In this document: in pieces, positions 36,620 to 44,735 of the stretch
How the letters are laid out: each line of letters starts with the position of its first letter
Position numbering within the stretch: position 1 is the stretch's first letter
Source: Usitatibacteraceae bacterium
GTDB lineage: Bacteria; Pseudomonadota; Gammaproteobacteria; Burkholderiales; Usitatibacteraceae
DNA length: 45,979 nucleotides
Direction: 5' to 3'
NCBI GenBank assembly: GCA_038901675.1
Contig: JBCKPM010000001.1
Span: 1-45,979 of the forward strand
Position numbers and translations under genes: made by a program
The notes under the pieces: model-generated
What the model was told of the DNA's origin: nothing
What the model saw: the letters and a program-made list of their open reading frames with translations, nothing else
Databases searched by the model: none

Positions 36620-39600
36620 ATGACCTTCCACAAAAAACCCCTTGCCGCTGCCGTGTTGCTGACCCTGCTCGGTTTGAGCCCGGCCCTTGTCTACGCGCAA
36701 GCCGCACCCGTCGGCCAAAGCGCCGCTGAGGCGAAGAAAGCCGAGGACGATAAGAAGGCCGAAATCGCCAAGAAAGCGGCGGCGAAACAGCCCGCCCCGG
36801 ATACCATCATCGTTACCGGTATCCGCGCCTCGCTGGAAAAATCGCTGGACGTGAAACGCAATTCCGGTGCCAACGTGGAGGTCATCACCGCCGAGGACGT
36901 CGGCAAGATGCCGGACAAGAATCTCGCTGATTCGCTGCAGCGCTTACCCGGCGTGTCGGTGCGTACCGATTACGACGAAGCCGAAAAGGTATCGATTCGC
37001 GGCACCAATCCCGACATGAGCCTGATCCTGTTCAACGGCCATACGGTGAGTGGCGGCGATTGGTACGTCTCCGATCAATTCTCCAGCAGCCGCAGTACCA
37101 GCCTCAGTTTGATGCCGTCCTCCGTACTCAACCAAGCGATGGTCTACAAGACTTCTCAAGCCAACATCGTCGATGGCGGTCTGGCCGGCACCATCAACGT
37201 CACCACCCGCAAACCGTTGGATGAAAAGGCCGCTTTCGGTGGCGTGGCCAACATCGGTGGCGTCAAAGCAGATCTACCTTCCAAACTGTCCCACAACCTC
37301 AACGCTAGTCTGCACTGGAAGAACGAGGCCAATACGTTCGGCGTGATCGGCCAGGCGTTCGCCGAAAAGCGCTTCATGCGCCGCGATTCAGTCTCGCGCT
37401 TTGCCTACGGCACCAGCAGCGGCTGGGGCGAGATCAACACGGCCACGATGCTGGGGATCACCGACGCCTCGCTGGCGGGTAGCGGCTTGCGGGCGGCCGA
37501 CCTCAATGGGGTGCGCATGCCCGGCAGCATGAGCTCGGAATTTGTCGAGAGCGTACGCGATCGCCAGGGCGGCATGCTGGCGGTGCAGGTGCGGCCCAAC
37601 AGGGACTGGGACATTACGCTCACCGGCTTTCAGTCGGACATGAACGCCAACAACTATGGCCGCCTCACCTCCGGCGCGATGTATTCCATGTTGCTCGGCC
37701 GCGCGGAGCCGTTCGGCTCAACCGCCGCCACCGCGCTCACCACTAACTCGAATGGTCAGCGGGTGTACGCGCAAATTCGCAACCCGGTAATCGTCAACAC
37801 GGTGTCGAACTACGGCTTTCCGCTGCGGGTTTTGCAGAGCGCGGAGATTGTCTTTCCGGCGGGAACCAGGCCGCAGTACGTCGGCAATTCAGAAGCGTTC
37901 TATCGCGACGGTGCTGAGGCATCCAGCGGCTTCGTTGATCTGGATAGTCGGTGGCGCGTCAACGATGCACTCAGCATTCGCGCACTGGTCAGCTCCACCA
38001 AGGGCGTCGGCACCACCGCGCTCGATCAGGGGGCGACGTTTGCGCGCTACGGCACGGGAGTGACGTATCGGTTGAACGGGCTCTACGACGCGCCTGATGT
38101 GACCTATATCGGCGCGGGCGGAAATACACCGGTACTCAACGCCGACGGCAGCGGATATCGCTTTATCGGCCTGGGTGCATCGAGCGTCAAGACCATCGAC
38201 AAGGAGATCAGCTACGCACTCGACGCGACCTATAACGTGGGGTGGAATTTCCTCACCAGCCTGGAGGCCGGCTGGCGTTATGCCGATCACGAGCGCTTGC
38301 ACACGCGCTGGGCAGCGGCGCGACGTTCACCGACCCTGCCGACCCCGCCTGCGACCGGCTACGAAAGTTATCCGGCCAACTTCGGTGCCGGTCTGGGTGG
38401 CGGCAATTGGGATCGCACCGGTTTCTACCTCACGCCGGAAGTATTGCGCGCGTTCATCGCCACCCTGTTCAAGCCAACCACCGCTGCCTACGAGCGCCGT
38501 GTCGCCAACGAAATCGAACTGCGCGAGCAGCAGTCCGCGGCGTATCTGATGCAAAACCTCGAAGGCACCGCGTGGTCGGGGAACGTCGGCCTGCGTTTCG
38601 TTAAAACTCAGGTCAACGCCATGATCGTGACGCCGCTGCGCGCGGGGCTGTGCCCGCGCATCGAGCCCGGCGCGACGGTGACGCCATGCGCTGCCGTGCC
38701 CGATGCCATCAATACGGCGGGCGATGGCAGCAGCTACTTCGATGGCGTCGCGTGGAACCCGAACTCGGGCACCATCTATCGCAAAACGCCGATCGAGCGA
38801 ACCTTCACTGACGTGCTGCCGAGCCTGAATTTGCGTTACGAGATCGACAAGAATCTGATCGCACGTTTGGGTGCCAGCAAGACCATCGGCCGCCAGAACT
38901 ACAACATCATCGGTGCCGGTTTCACTGCTCGCGTGTGCAACGCGCAAGGCTGCACCGTCACGGGGCCTAATCCCAACCTGAAGCCAATGTACGCGCGCAA
39001 TCTCGATGCCTCGCTGGGTTGGTACTTCGCGCGCCGCTCGCTCGCACTGGTGAACGTATTCACCTCCAAGATCGATGGCTACATCAAGACCGGTGCCAAT
39101 CTGCAAAGCGAGACCATCGATCTGGTCGACCCGTTGGACGACGTGGTTAAGCCATTTTTTATCGTCTCATCTTCGCAGCAGGGGGCGTCGATCAGGGGCA
39201 TCGAACTGATGTTTGAGCGCCCCATCGCCTGGGGCTTCGGCGTCACCACCAACGTGAGCCGCGCCAAGACCAAAGTCGACGATGGCCGCCCGATGACCGG
39301 CGCATCCGACAAGACTGCCAACGTCGGGCTGTACTTTGAGGACGAAAAGTTCAGCGCGCGGCTGGTGTGGAACTACCGTGGCGAATACGTCGCCAGCACC
39401 ACCGCACCGGCTCCGACCGCCAATAGTCAATCCAACAGCACCATCCTCGGCGTGGTGCAACCCACTGCGCTCACCTGGGCGGCACCCGTGACCAACATGG
39501 CGCTGTCGCTCAACTACAGCATCAGCAAGAACCTGCGCGTGGCGCTCGATGTCACCAACCTCAATAACCCGGCGCGCGCGACCTATCGTTACAGCGAGGA

Positions 39601-39664
39601 AGAACCGCAAAAACTCGACGTCAGCGGCCGTCAGTATTACGTGACCTTGCGCTACCGCTTCTAG
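36620..39664 (+). CDS. TonB-dependent outer-membrane receptor (carbohydrate-type, with an N-terminal Lys/Ala-rich extension)
   Basis: ATG preceded by AGGAGA. It has a signal peptide ending VYAQA, a plug domain (IIVTGIRASLEKSLDVKR..VEVITAEDVGKMPDKNLADSLQRLPGV) and a C-terminal barrel ending YRF. Confidence 0.88.
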   Translation: MTFHKKPLAAAVLLTLLGLSPALVYAQAAPVGQSAAEAKKAEDDKKAEIAKKAAAKQPAPDTIIVTGIRASLEKSLDVKRNSGANVEVITAEDVGKMPDKNLADSLQRLPGVSVRTDYDEAEKVSIRGTNPDMSLILFNGHTVSGGDWYVSDQFSSSRSTSLSLMPSSVLNQAMVYKTSQANIVDGGLAGTINVTTRKPLDEKAAFGGVANIGGVKADLPSKLSHNLNASLHWKNEANTFGVIGQAFAEKRFMRRDSVSRFAYGTSSGWGEINTATMLGITDASLAGSGLRAADLNGVRMPGSMSSEFVESVRDRQGGMLAVQVRPNRDWDITLTGFQSDMNANNYGRLTSGAMYSMLLGRAEPFGSTAATALTTNSNGQRVYAQIRNPVIVNTVSNYGFPLRVLQSAEIVFPAGTRPQYVGNSEAFYRDGAEASSGFVDLDSRWRVNDALSIRALVSSTKGVGTTALDQGATFARYGTGVTYRLNGLYDAPDVTYIGAGGNTPVLNADGSGYRFIGLGASSVKTIDKEISYALDATYNVGWNFLTSLEAGWRYADHERLHTRWAAARRSPTLPTPPATGYESYPANFGAGLGGGNWDRTGFYLTPEVLRAFIATLFKPTTAAYERRVANEIELREQQSAAYLMQNLEGTAWSGNVGLRFVKTQVNAMIVTPLRAGLCPRIEPGATVTPCAAVPDAINTAGDGSSYFDGVAWNPNSGTIYRKTPIERTFTDVLPSLNLRYEIDKNLIARLGASKTIGRQNYNIIGAGFTARVCNAQGCTVTGPNPNLKPMYARNLDASLGWYFARRSLALVNVFTSKIDGYIKTGANLQSETIDLVDPLDDVVKPFFIVSSSQQGASIRGIELMFERPIAWGFGVTTNVSRAKTKVDDGRPMTGASDKTANVGLYFEDEKFSARLVWNYRGEYVASTTAPAPTANSQSNSTILGVVQPTALTWAAPVTNMALSLNYSISKNLRVALDVTNLNNPARATYRYSEEEPQKLDVSGRQYYVTLRYRF

Positions 39665-39704
39665 CCTGCATATTTCAAACGTGCTGGTGAAATAATGCAG
39701 GCTA
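39664..39704 (+). terminator. hairpin immediately after the TonB-receptor stop
   Basis: AGCCTGCATATTTC-N12-GAAATAATGCAGGCT with one bulge. The distal arm runs into the MITE family 2 terminus. Confidence 0.5.
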
Positions 39705-39865
39705 GGAGCCTGTCGGGCTTGGGGCGTCGAAAGCGAAAATCGACCCCAGCGCGGCCAGTTTTTGCCGGATTTGCAGCCCCATAGCCCAGCTATGGGGCAA
39801 CGGTGAAAAATGAACCGCTGCGGTCGATTTGCAGCCGACGATTCCCAAGTTCGACAGGCTCCTAG
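39702..39865 (+). mobile_element. MITE family 2, copy B (CTAG-flanked)
   Basis: CTAGGAGCCTGTCGGGCTTGGGGCGTCG ... CGACGATTCCCAAGTTCGACAGGCTCCTAG. The right-hand CTAG contains the TAG stop codon of the convergent SIS gene. Confidence 0.85.
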
Positions 39866-40887
39866 CGGGTCTTGGTCACTTTGGCGAGGTACTTCGGGCG
39901 GTCGGGGTCGTATCCGCGCGCGCGCGAAATCGCCTCGACCATCGGATAAAAACTCTGCACGATGGAAATCGGGTCGAGATCCGCAGATCCCGTCTCCACA
40001 ATCGGCAAATTGACGCCAGCCGTACCGGGCGGTGCCGCCAGCAGCACGCGCGCGCCGCGGTGCCGCATCTCGTCGGCCAGCGCCACCAAACCGGCATGCG
40101 CCGGTCCGCGCGGTGCGAACACCAAGAGCGGATAGCCGCGATCAATCAACACCATCGGCCCGTGCTTGACCTCCGCACCGGAGAAGGCCTCGGCCTGAAT
40201 GACGCACGTTTCCTTGAACTTGAGTGCCGCTTCCAACGCAACCGCATGTCCCGGGCCGCGGCCGATGACAAACATCTGTTCAGCGTCCTTCAATACCTCA
40301 ACGCCAGCCGACCAATCGGCGGACGCGGCGCGCGTCAGCGCATCCGGCAATGTGTGGATCGCCGCCTCCAGTGCGGCGTCCTGCTGCCACGCCGCCGTCA
40401 CGCGCGCACCGGCCACCAGTTGTGCGATAAAGCTCTTGGTCGCCGCCACGCTGCGCTCTTCGCCCGCGCACAACGGGAAGACCCAGCGAGAGACGTTGGC
40501 CAGCGGCGAATTCGCATCGTTCACAAACGCCGCCGTCGCCGCCCCACCGGCGTTGAAAAACGTCATCGGTGCAACCAAATCCGGACTCTGCCCAGATTGC
40601 GAGAACGCCGTAGCCAGCAAACCGTGCGTCTGAATGTTTGACTGATACAAGGTGATCAACGACATGGGCAACGACGTCACCAGCCGCCCAAGGCGCGCCA
40701 TGATCAGATAAGCCATGTAATGCGCAGCGTGATCCGAACTGCCGCGCGCGATGGTCAGGATAGATGTCGGCGAATTGTTGCGCAGCCAATCGCCGAACTC
40801 GCGGTAGGCGTCGGTTGGTGCTTGCAACTGCGCGGCGACCGCTGCCGGTGCTTCGCGAGCTTCGCGCAACATCAGACTGTCAGTCAT
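39862..40887 (-). CDS. SIS-domain glucosamine-6-phosphate deaminase/isomerase (NagB-II / AgaS-like)
   Basis: 341 aa with two SIS domains (ARGSSDHAA.Y.....; SQSG.SPD; IGRGP....ALE.ALK.KE). Operon with nagA. Confidence 0.8.
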   Translation of the reverse strand: MTDSLMLREAREAPAAVAAQLQAPTDAYREFGDWLRNNSPTSILTIARGSSDHAAHYMAYLIMARLGRLVTSLPMSLITLYQSNIQTHGLLATAFSQSGQSPDLVAPMTFFNAGGAATAAFVNDANSPLANVSRWVFPLCAGEERSVAATKSFIAQLVAGARVTAAWQQDAALEAAIHTLPDALTRAASADWSAGVEVLKDAEQMFVIGRGPGHAVALEAALKFKETCVIQAEAFSGAEVKHGPMVLIDRGYPLLVFAPRGPAHAGLVALADEMRHRGARVLLAAPPGTAGVNLPIVETGSADLDPISIVQSFYPMVEAISRARGYDPDRPKYLAKVTKTR

Positions 40888-40913
40888 GGGCTACAAATCC
40901 ATTCGCATAATAA

Positions 40914-42035
40914 CTAGGCAAGCAACTCGCCTTCGATCCACACGTCGTGCAACCTCAGATCGCCATCCAATCGCACCACGTCGGCCCACGCGCCAACATC
41001 GAGTCGACCGCGATCGGCGATACCCAAATAGTCGGCGGCGTTAGTCGACACGCGCCTTGACGCATCGATCAGATCGAGTCCGAGTTTGTCGACCAGGTTG
41101 CGTAGCGCCTCATCCATGGTCAACGTCGAACCTGCCAGCGTGCCATCCGCCAACCGCACACCACCCATGCACTTGGTGACCGTGTGTCGCCCAAGCCGAT
41201 ATTCGCCGTCGGGCATGCCCGCCGCGGCGGTGGAGTCGGTGACGCAAAACAGTTTTGGAATCGCACGCAGCGCGACGCGAATCGCTGCTGGATGCACGTG
41301 CAGCAGGTCGGGAATAATTTCAGCGTACTCGGCTTGCGAAAGCGCAGCACCGACCATGCCCGGCTTGCGATGGTGCATGCCGCTCATGGCGTTATACAAA
41401 TGTGTAAACCCTTTGGCGCCGAGCGCCATCGCTTCGGCACCTTCCTCAAACGTACCCGCCGTGTGACCCAGTTGCACCACAAACCCGGACGCGACTAGCG
41501 CGGCAATCATTTGCATGTTGCCCGGCACTTCCGGAGCCAGCGTAATCAATCGAATCGGCGCGATGCGATGCAAGCGCATCAACTCGTCGTGCTGCAACGG
41601 TCGCGCAAAATCGGGCTGCGCTCCCAGCATGGCAGCGTTGATGTAAGGGCCTTCAAGGTGCACGCCCAGCACCCGCGCCGTTTTTGGCGGACGCGTTTGG
41701 CAAGTTCGCCGGAGCGCAACGAAAGCGGCCTCAAGCTCGTCGGCCGGTGCGGTCATCGTGGTCGCCAACAACGACGTCGTGCCATGCGTGGCGTGCAGCT
41801 CGGCAATGTGCGCCGCCGCGTCGCCACCCTCCATGATGTCGCGACCGCCACCGCCGTGTACGTGGGTATCGATAAAGCCGGGCAGCAGGATCGGCTTGCC
41901 GAGGTCACGCACGCGCAACACGTCGATGGGCTCGCCTTCAATCGACGAGATGCGTCCATCAGGTGCGATGTGCAGGCGACCGTCAACAAACCTGCCTTGC
42001 CAAAGAATTAACCCTGAAAGTTCAGCCGCCTTCAT
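40914..42035 (-). CDS. nagA: N-acetylglucosamine-6-phosphate deacetylase
   Basis: 373 aa with PGFIDTHVHGGGG, HLEGPY, THLYNAM and the amidohydrolase fold. Confidence 0.9.
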   Translation of the reverse strand: MKAAELSGLILWQGRFVDGRLHIAPDGRISSIEGEPIDVLRVRDLGKPILLPGFIDTHVHGGGGRDIMEGGDAAAHIAELHATHGTTSLLATTMTAPADELEAAFVALRRTCQTRPPKTARVLGVHLEGPYINAAMLGAQPDFARPLQHDELMRLHRIAPIRLITLAPEVPGNMQMIAALVASGFVVQLGHTAGTFEEGAEAMALGAKGFTHLYNAMSGMHHRKPGMVGAALSQAEYAEIIPDLLHVHPAAIRVALRAIPKLFCVTDSTAAAGMPDGEYRLGRHTVTKCMGGVRLADGTLAGSTLTMDEALRNLVDKLGLDLIDASRRVSTNAADYLGIADRGRLDVGAWADVVRLDGDLRLHDVWIEGELLA

Positions 42036-42056
42036 GCTGCACTCCGCATTTGCCCA

Positions 42057-42824
42057 TCACTCGCGCCGCAACTCAGCGACGAAATCATAGTAGTCGCTGC
42101 GACAGTACGAATGCGTCAGCTCGACGGCGCGCCCGGTGGTGTCGTAGCCAACACGCGTAATGAACAACACTGCTTGCCCCGGCGCAATTCCCAGTTGCGC
42201 GGCGAGCTTGGTCGGCGCGTTCATGGCGCGGATGTGTTGCATGGCGCGTACCGGCACGTGGCGGACACTTTCAAGATACAAATACAGCGAGCCTTCGATC
42301 TCGGTCGGCCGCGGCACCACGCTTTGTGGCAACACACTCACTTCGTACGCCATCACCACGTCGTCGGCCAAGCGCAGGCGCTCGAGGCGCGCCACCTTGG
42401 TCTTCGCGGTAATCGCTAAGCTCGCCTGTTCGTCGGCCGATGGTCGCGTTATCGCGCGCTTTAGCCAACGCGAACTTGGCGTGTAACCGCGCCGCGATAA
42501 TTCCTCGGAAAAACTCGACAGCCGCGACAGCGGCTGCTCAAAGCGCGGCGCGATGTAGTTGCCCGACCCCTGGCGGCGCACGATGAGTCCTTGATCAACC
42601 AATTGATCAATCGCCTTGCGCGCGGTGACGCGTGACACGCCGAGCGAATCGGACAACAGGCGCTCAGACGGAAGCGCCTGAGCGACCTGGTATTTGCCAT
42701 CCCGAATCGCGGTCGCAATTTTGCGCGCCAGCTGCACGTACAGGGGCGAGCTGTCGTGTGCGTCGAACTTAATTCCTTTGTTGGCAGACAAGAATTGCCT
42801 GGTCATTGTTCGCATACTTTCCAA
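42057..42824 (-). CDS. nagQ: GntR/HutC-family transcriptional regulator (NagQ-like)
   Basis: N-terminal winged HTH (PLYVQLARKIATAIRDGKY..ALPSERLLSDSLGVSRVTARKAIDQL) plus a C-terminal UTRA domain. First gene of the nagQ-nagA-SIS operon. Confidence 0.8.
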   Translation of the reverse strand: MESMRTMTRQFLSANKGIKFDAHDSSPLYVQLARKIATAIRDGKYQVAQALPSERLLSDSLGVSRVTARKAIDQLVDQGLIVRRQGSGNYIAPRFEQPLSRLSSFSEELSRRGYTPSSRWLKRAITRPSADEQASLAITAKTKVARLERLRLADDVVMAYEVSVLPQSVVPRPTEIEGSLYLYLESVRHVPVRAMQHIRAMNAPTKLAAQLGIAPGQAVLFITRVGYDTTGRAVELTHSYCRSDYYDFVAELRRE

Positions 42825-42882
42825 GTCGAGCCGCGCGACTGCAATTTTGCGAATTGCCAGTCAAACGCGGGCAATATTGGAT

Positions 42883-42900
42883 AATACCAATTAGATACCA
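42883..42900 (-). promoter_or_regulatory. NagQ-type operator candidate: TGGTATC-TAAT-TGGTATT
   Basis: Read on the minus strand, 59 nt upstream of the nagQ ORF start, in the region divergent with the SBP gene. Confidence 0.7.
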
Positions 42901-42997
42901 AAACAAGCAGCCGCAAGCGGCTTAAATTTCAACGGCGGGCGAGCTGAACGATGCGGCAATCGCACTGATGGTCGCGCCATAGCGCTACGCTACACTG

Positions 42998-44626
42998 ATG
43001 CCCGTCGCGATGTTTGCAAGGACTATCATGCCAACCCAATCGATCCATTCTCAATTTTTTCTCACCGCAGTGGTCGCTATTGCCTTGCTTGCCCCGCCGG
43101 TTGAAGCGAAAACCTTTCGCTGGTCCTCCAAAGGCGACGTCGTCACCCAGGACCCGCACGGTCTAGACGAGGGCTTCACCCGATCCATCAACGCGCTGGT
43201 GTATGAGCGCTTGTATCAGCCGGGCAAGGACATGTCACCGACGCCGTGGTTGGCCGTGTCGAGCAAACTGGTGAGTCCGACCAAACGCGTCGTCACACTG
43301 CGTAAGGACGTCAAGTTCCACGATGGCAGCACGTTCACAGCAGACGATGTGGTGTTCTCGTTCGAGCGCGCGGCGAAATCCCGACAGTTCAAGACCTACG
43401 CGCTGCCGGCCGGTGTGCCAAAAAAAATAGATGACGTCACGGTGGAGTTCACCATGCCGCAACCGAATCCCGTTAGCCATATTTCGATGTCGGAAGTGCC
43501 AATCATGAGCCGCGCTTGGTCAGAGAAAAACAGCGCCGTGGCGGCACAGGTTTTCACCAACAAGGAAGTGACCTATGCGTCGCGCAACGCGATGGGAACA
43601 GGGCCCTACAAGTTGGTGGTGTTCGAGCCGGGAATCCGCACGGTGCACACCAAGAACCCCGATTGGTGGGGCATCAAGGACGGTCGCTTTGAGAGCAACA
43701 TCGAGCGCATCGAATACCGCCCCATTACCAGCGATGCGACGCGCATGGCGGCATTGAAGTCGGGCGCACTCGATCTGGTGCTCGACCCGAGCCCGCAAGA
43801 TATCGCGCGCCTGAAAGCCGACCGCGAACTCAAAGTATGGGAAGGCGATGAGACACGCGTCATCACCATCGCCATGGATCAGGCACGCGACGAGCCGCTG
43901 TTTACGGACGTGAAAGGCAAGAACCCGTTCAAGGATCGCCGCGTGCGACTCGCCATGTATCAAGCGATCGACATTGAGGCGATCAAAACGCAGGTCATGC
44001 GCGGGCTCGCCACGCCAACGGCGATTCCTTTCCCCAACCCAAAGGGCGAAGGCATCCCGGCCGCGTTTGAAAAGCGACATCCCTATGACGTCGCGGCGGC
44101 CGTCAAGCTGCTGACCGAGGCGGGCTACCCGAAGGGGTTTGGGTTTACCTTGCACTGCCCGAATGATCGCTACGTCAACGACGAAAAAATCTGCGTCGCA
44201 CTCGCGGGAATGTGGGCTCGCCTGGGCTTGAACGTGAAAGTCGACGCCATGCCGAAGGCACAGTACTTTGCGCGTACGCCGAAGCAAGAGTTCTCGGTGT
44301 GCATGCAAGGCTGGGGCGATAACAATCGCGATGCCATGTTTACGCTCAAACCTTTATTTCACAGCAATAACGGCAAGGGTGCAGGCGAGGCCAACTATGG
44401 CAACTTCAAGAACGCCGACGTAGACCGGCTGATCGCCGCCGCCGAAGTGGAGATGGATTCCAAGAAACGCCAGACGCTAATCAATGAGGCGGTTGAAATT
44501 CTGCAACGCGAAGTTCACGTTATTCCCCTGCATCGACAGGTCATTCCGTGGGTGTCGCGCGCCAATGTTTCGCTGATTCATCGCTCGGACAACGAAATCG
44601 CGCCGCTGTGGATCAAGCTCCGGTAG
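42998..44626 (+). CDS. ABC-transporter substrate-binding protein, family 5 (peptide/opine/nickel type), with no adjacent permease genes
   Basis: 542-aa ORF with a signal peptide (LTAVVAIALLAPPVEA) and a typical SBP_bac_5 core. The likely start is the ATG at 43028. Confidence 0.8.
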   Translation: MPVAMFARTIMPTQSIHSQFFLTAVVAIALLAPPVEAKTFRWSSKGDVVTQDPHGLDEGFTRSINALVYERLYQPGKDMSPTPWLAVSSKLVSPTKRVVTLRKDVKFHDGSTFTADDVVFSFERAAKSRQFKTYALPAGVPKKIDDVTVEFTMPQPNPVSHISMSEVPIMSRAWSEKNSAVAAQVFTNKEVTYASRNAMGTGPYKLVVFEPGIRTVHTKNPDWWGIKDGRFESNIERIEYRPITSDATRMAALKSGALDLVLDPSPQDIARLKADRELKVWEGDETRVITIAMDQARDEPLFTDVKGKNPFKDRRVRLAMYQAIDIEAIKTQVMRGLATPTAIPFPNPKGEGIPAAFEKRHPYDVAAAVKLLTEAGYPKGFGFTLHCPNDRYVNDEKICVALAGMWARLGLNVKVDAMPKAQYFARTPKQEFSVCMQGWGDNNRDAMFTLKPLFHSNNGKGAGEANYGNFKNADVDRLIAAAEVEMDSKKRQTLINEAVEILQREVHVIPLHRQVIPWVSRANVSLIHRSDNEIAPLWIKLR

Positions 44627-44688
44627 GGTGCGCCGTGCGCACCACATCAGTCGAGCAATGCTATTGTGGTGCGCACGGCGCACCCTAC
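44623..44688. repeat. REP-like perfect palindrome (24-bp arms, 18-nt loop) overlapping the SBP stop codon
   Basis: GTAGGGTGCGCCGTGCGCACCACA-N18-TGTGGTGCGCACGGCGCACCCTAC read directly. Confidence 0.8.
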
Positions 44689-44735
44689 TCCAAAAAATCA
44701 CCCATGATTAACCAGCGCCGAGAAAGCACACCGCC

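Noticed and set aside
39829-40641. 270-aa plus-strand ORF
   Set aside because: It is antisense to the well-supported SIS deaminase gene, is extremely Arg-rich, and starts inside a MITE.
43520-44308. 262-aa minus-strand ORF (a similar case at 38327-39106)
   Set aside because: Both are antisense to well-supported SBP and TonB-receptor genes, with composition typical of high-GC shadow ORFs.
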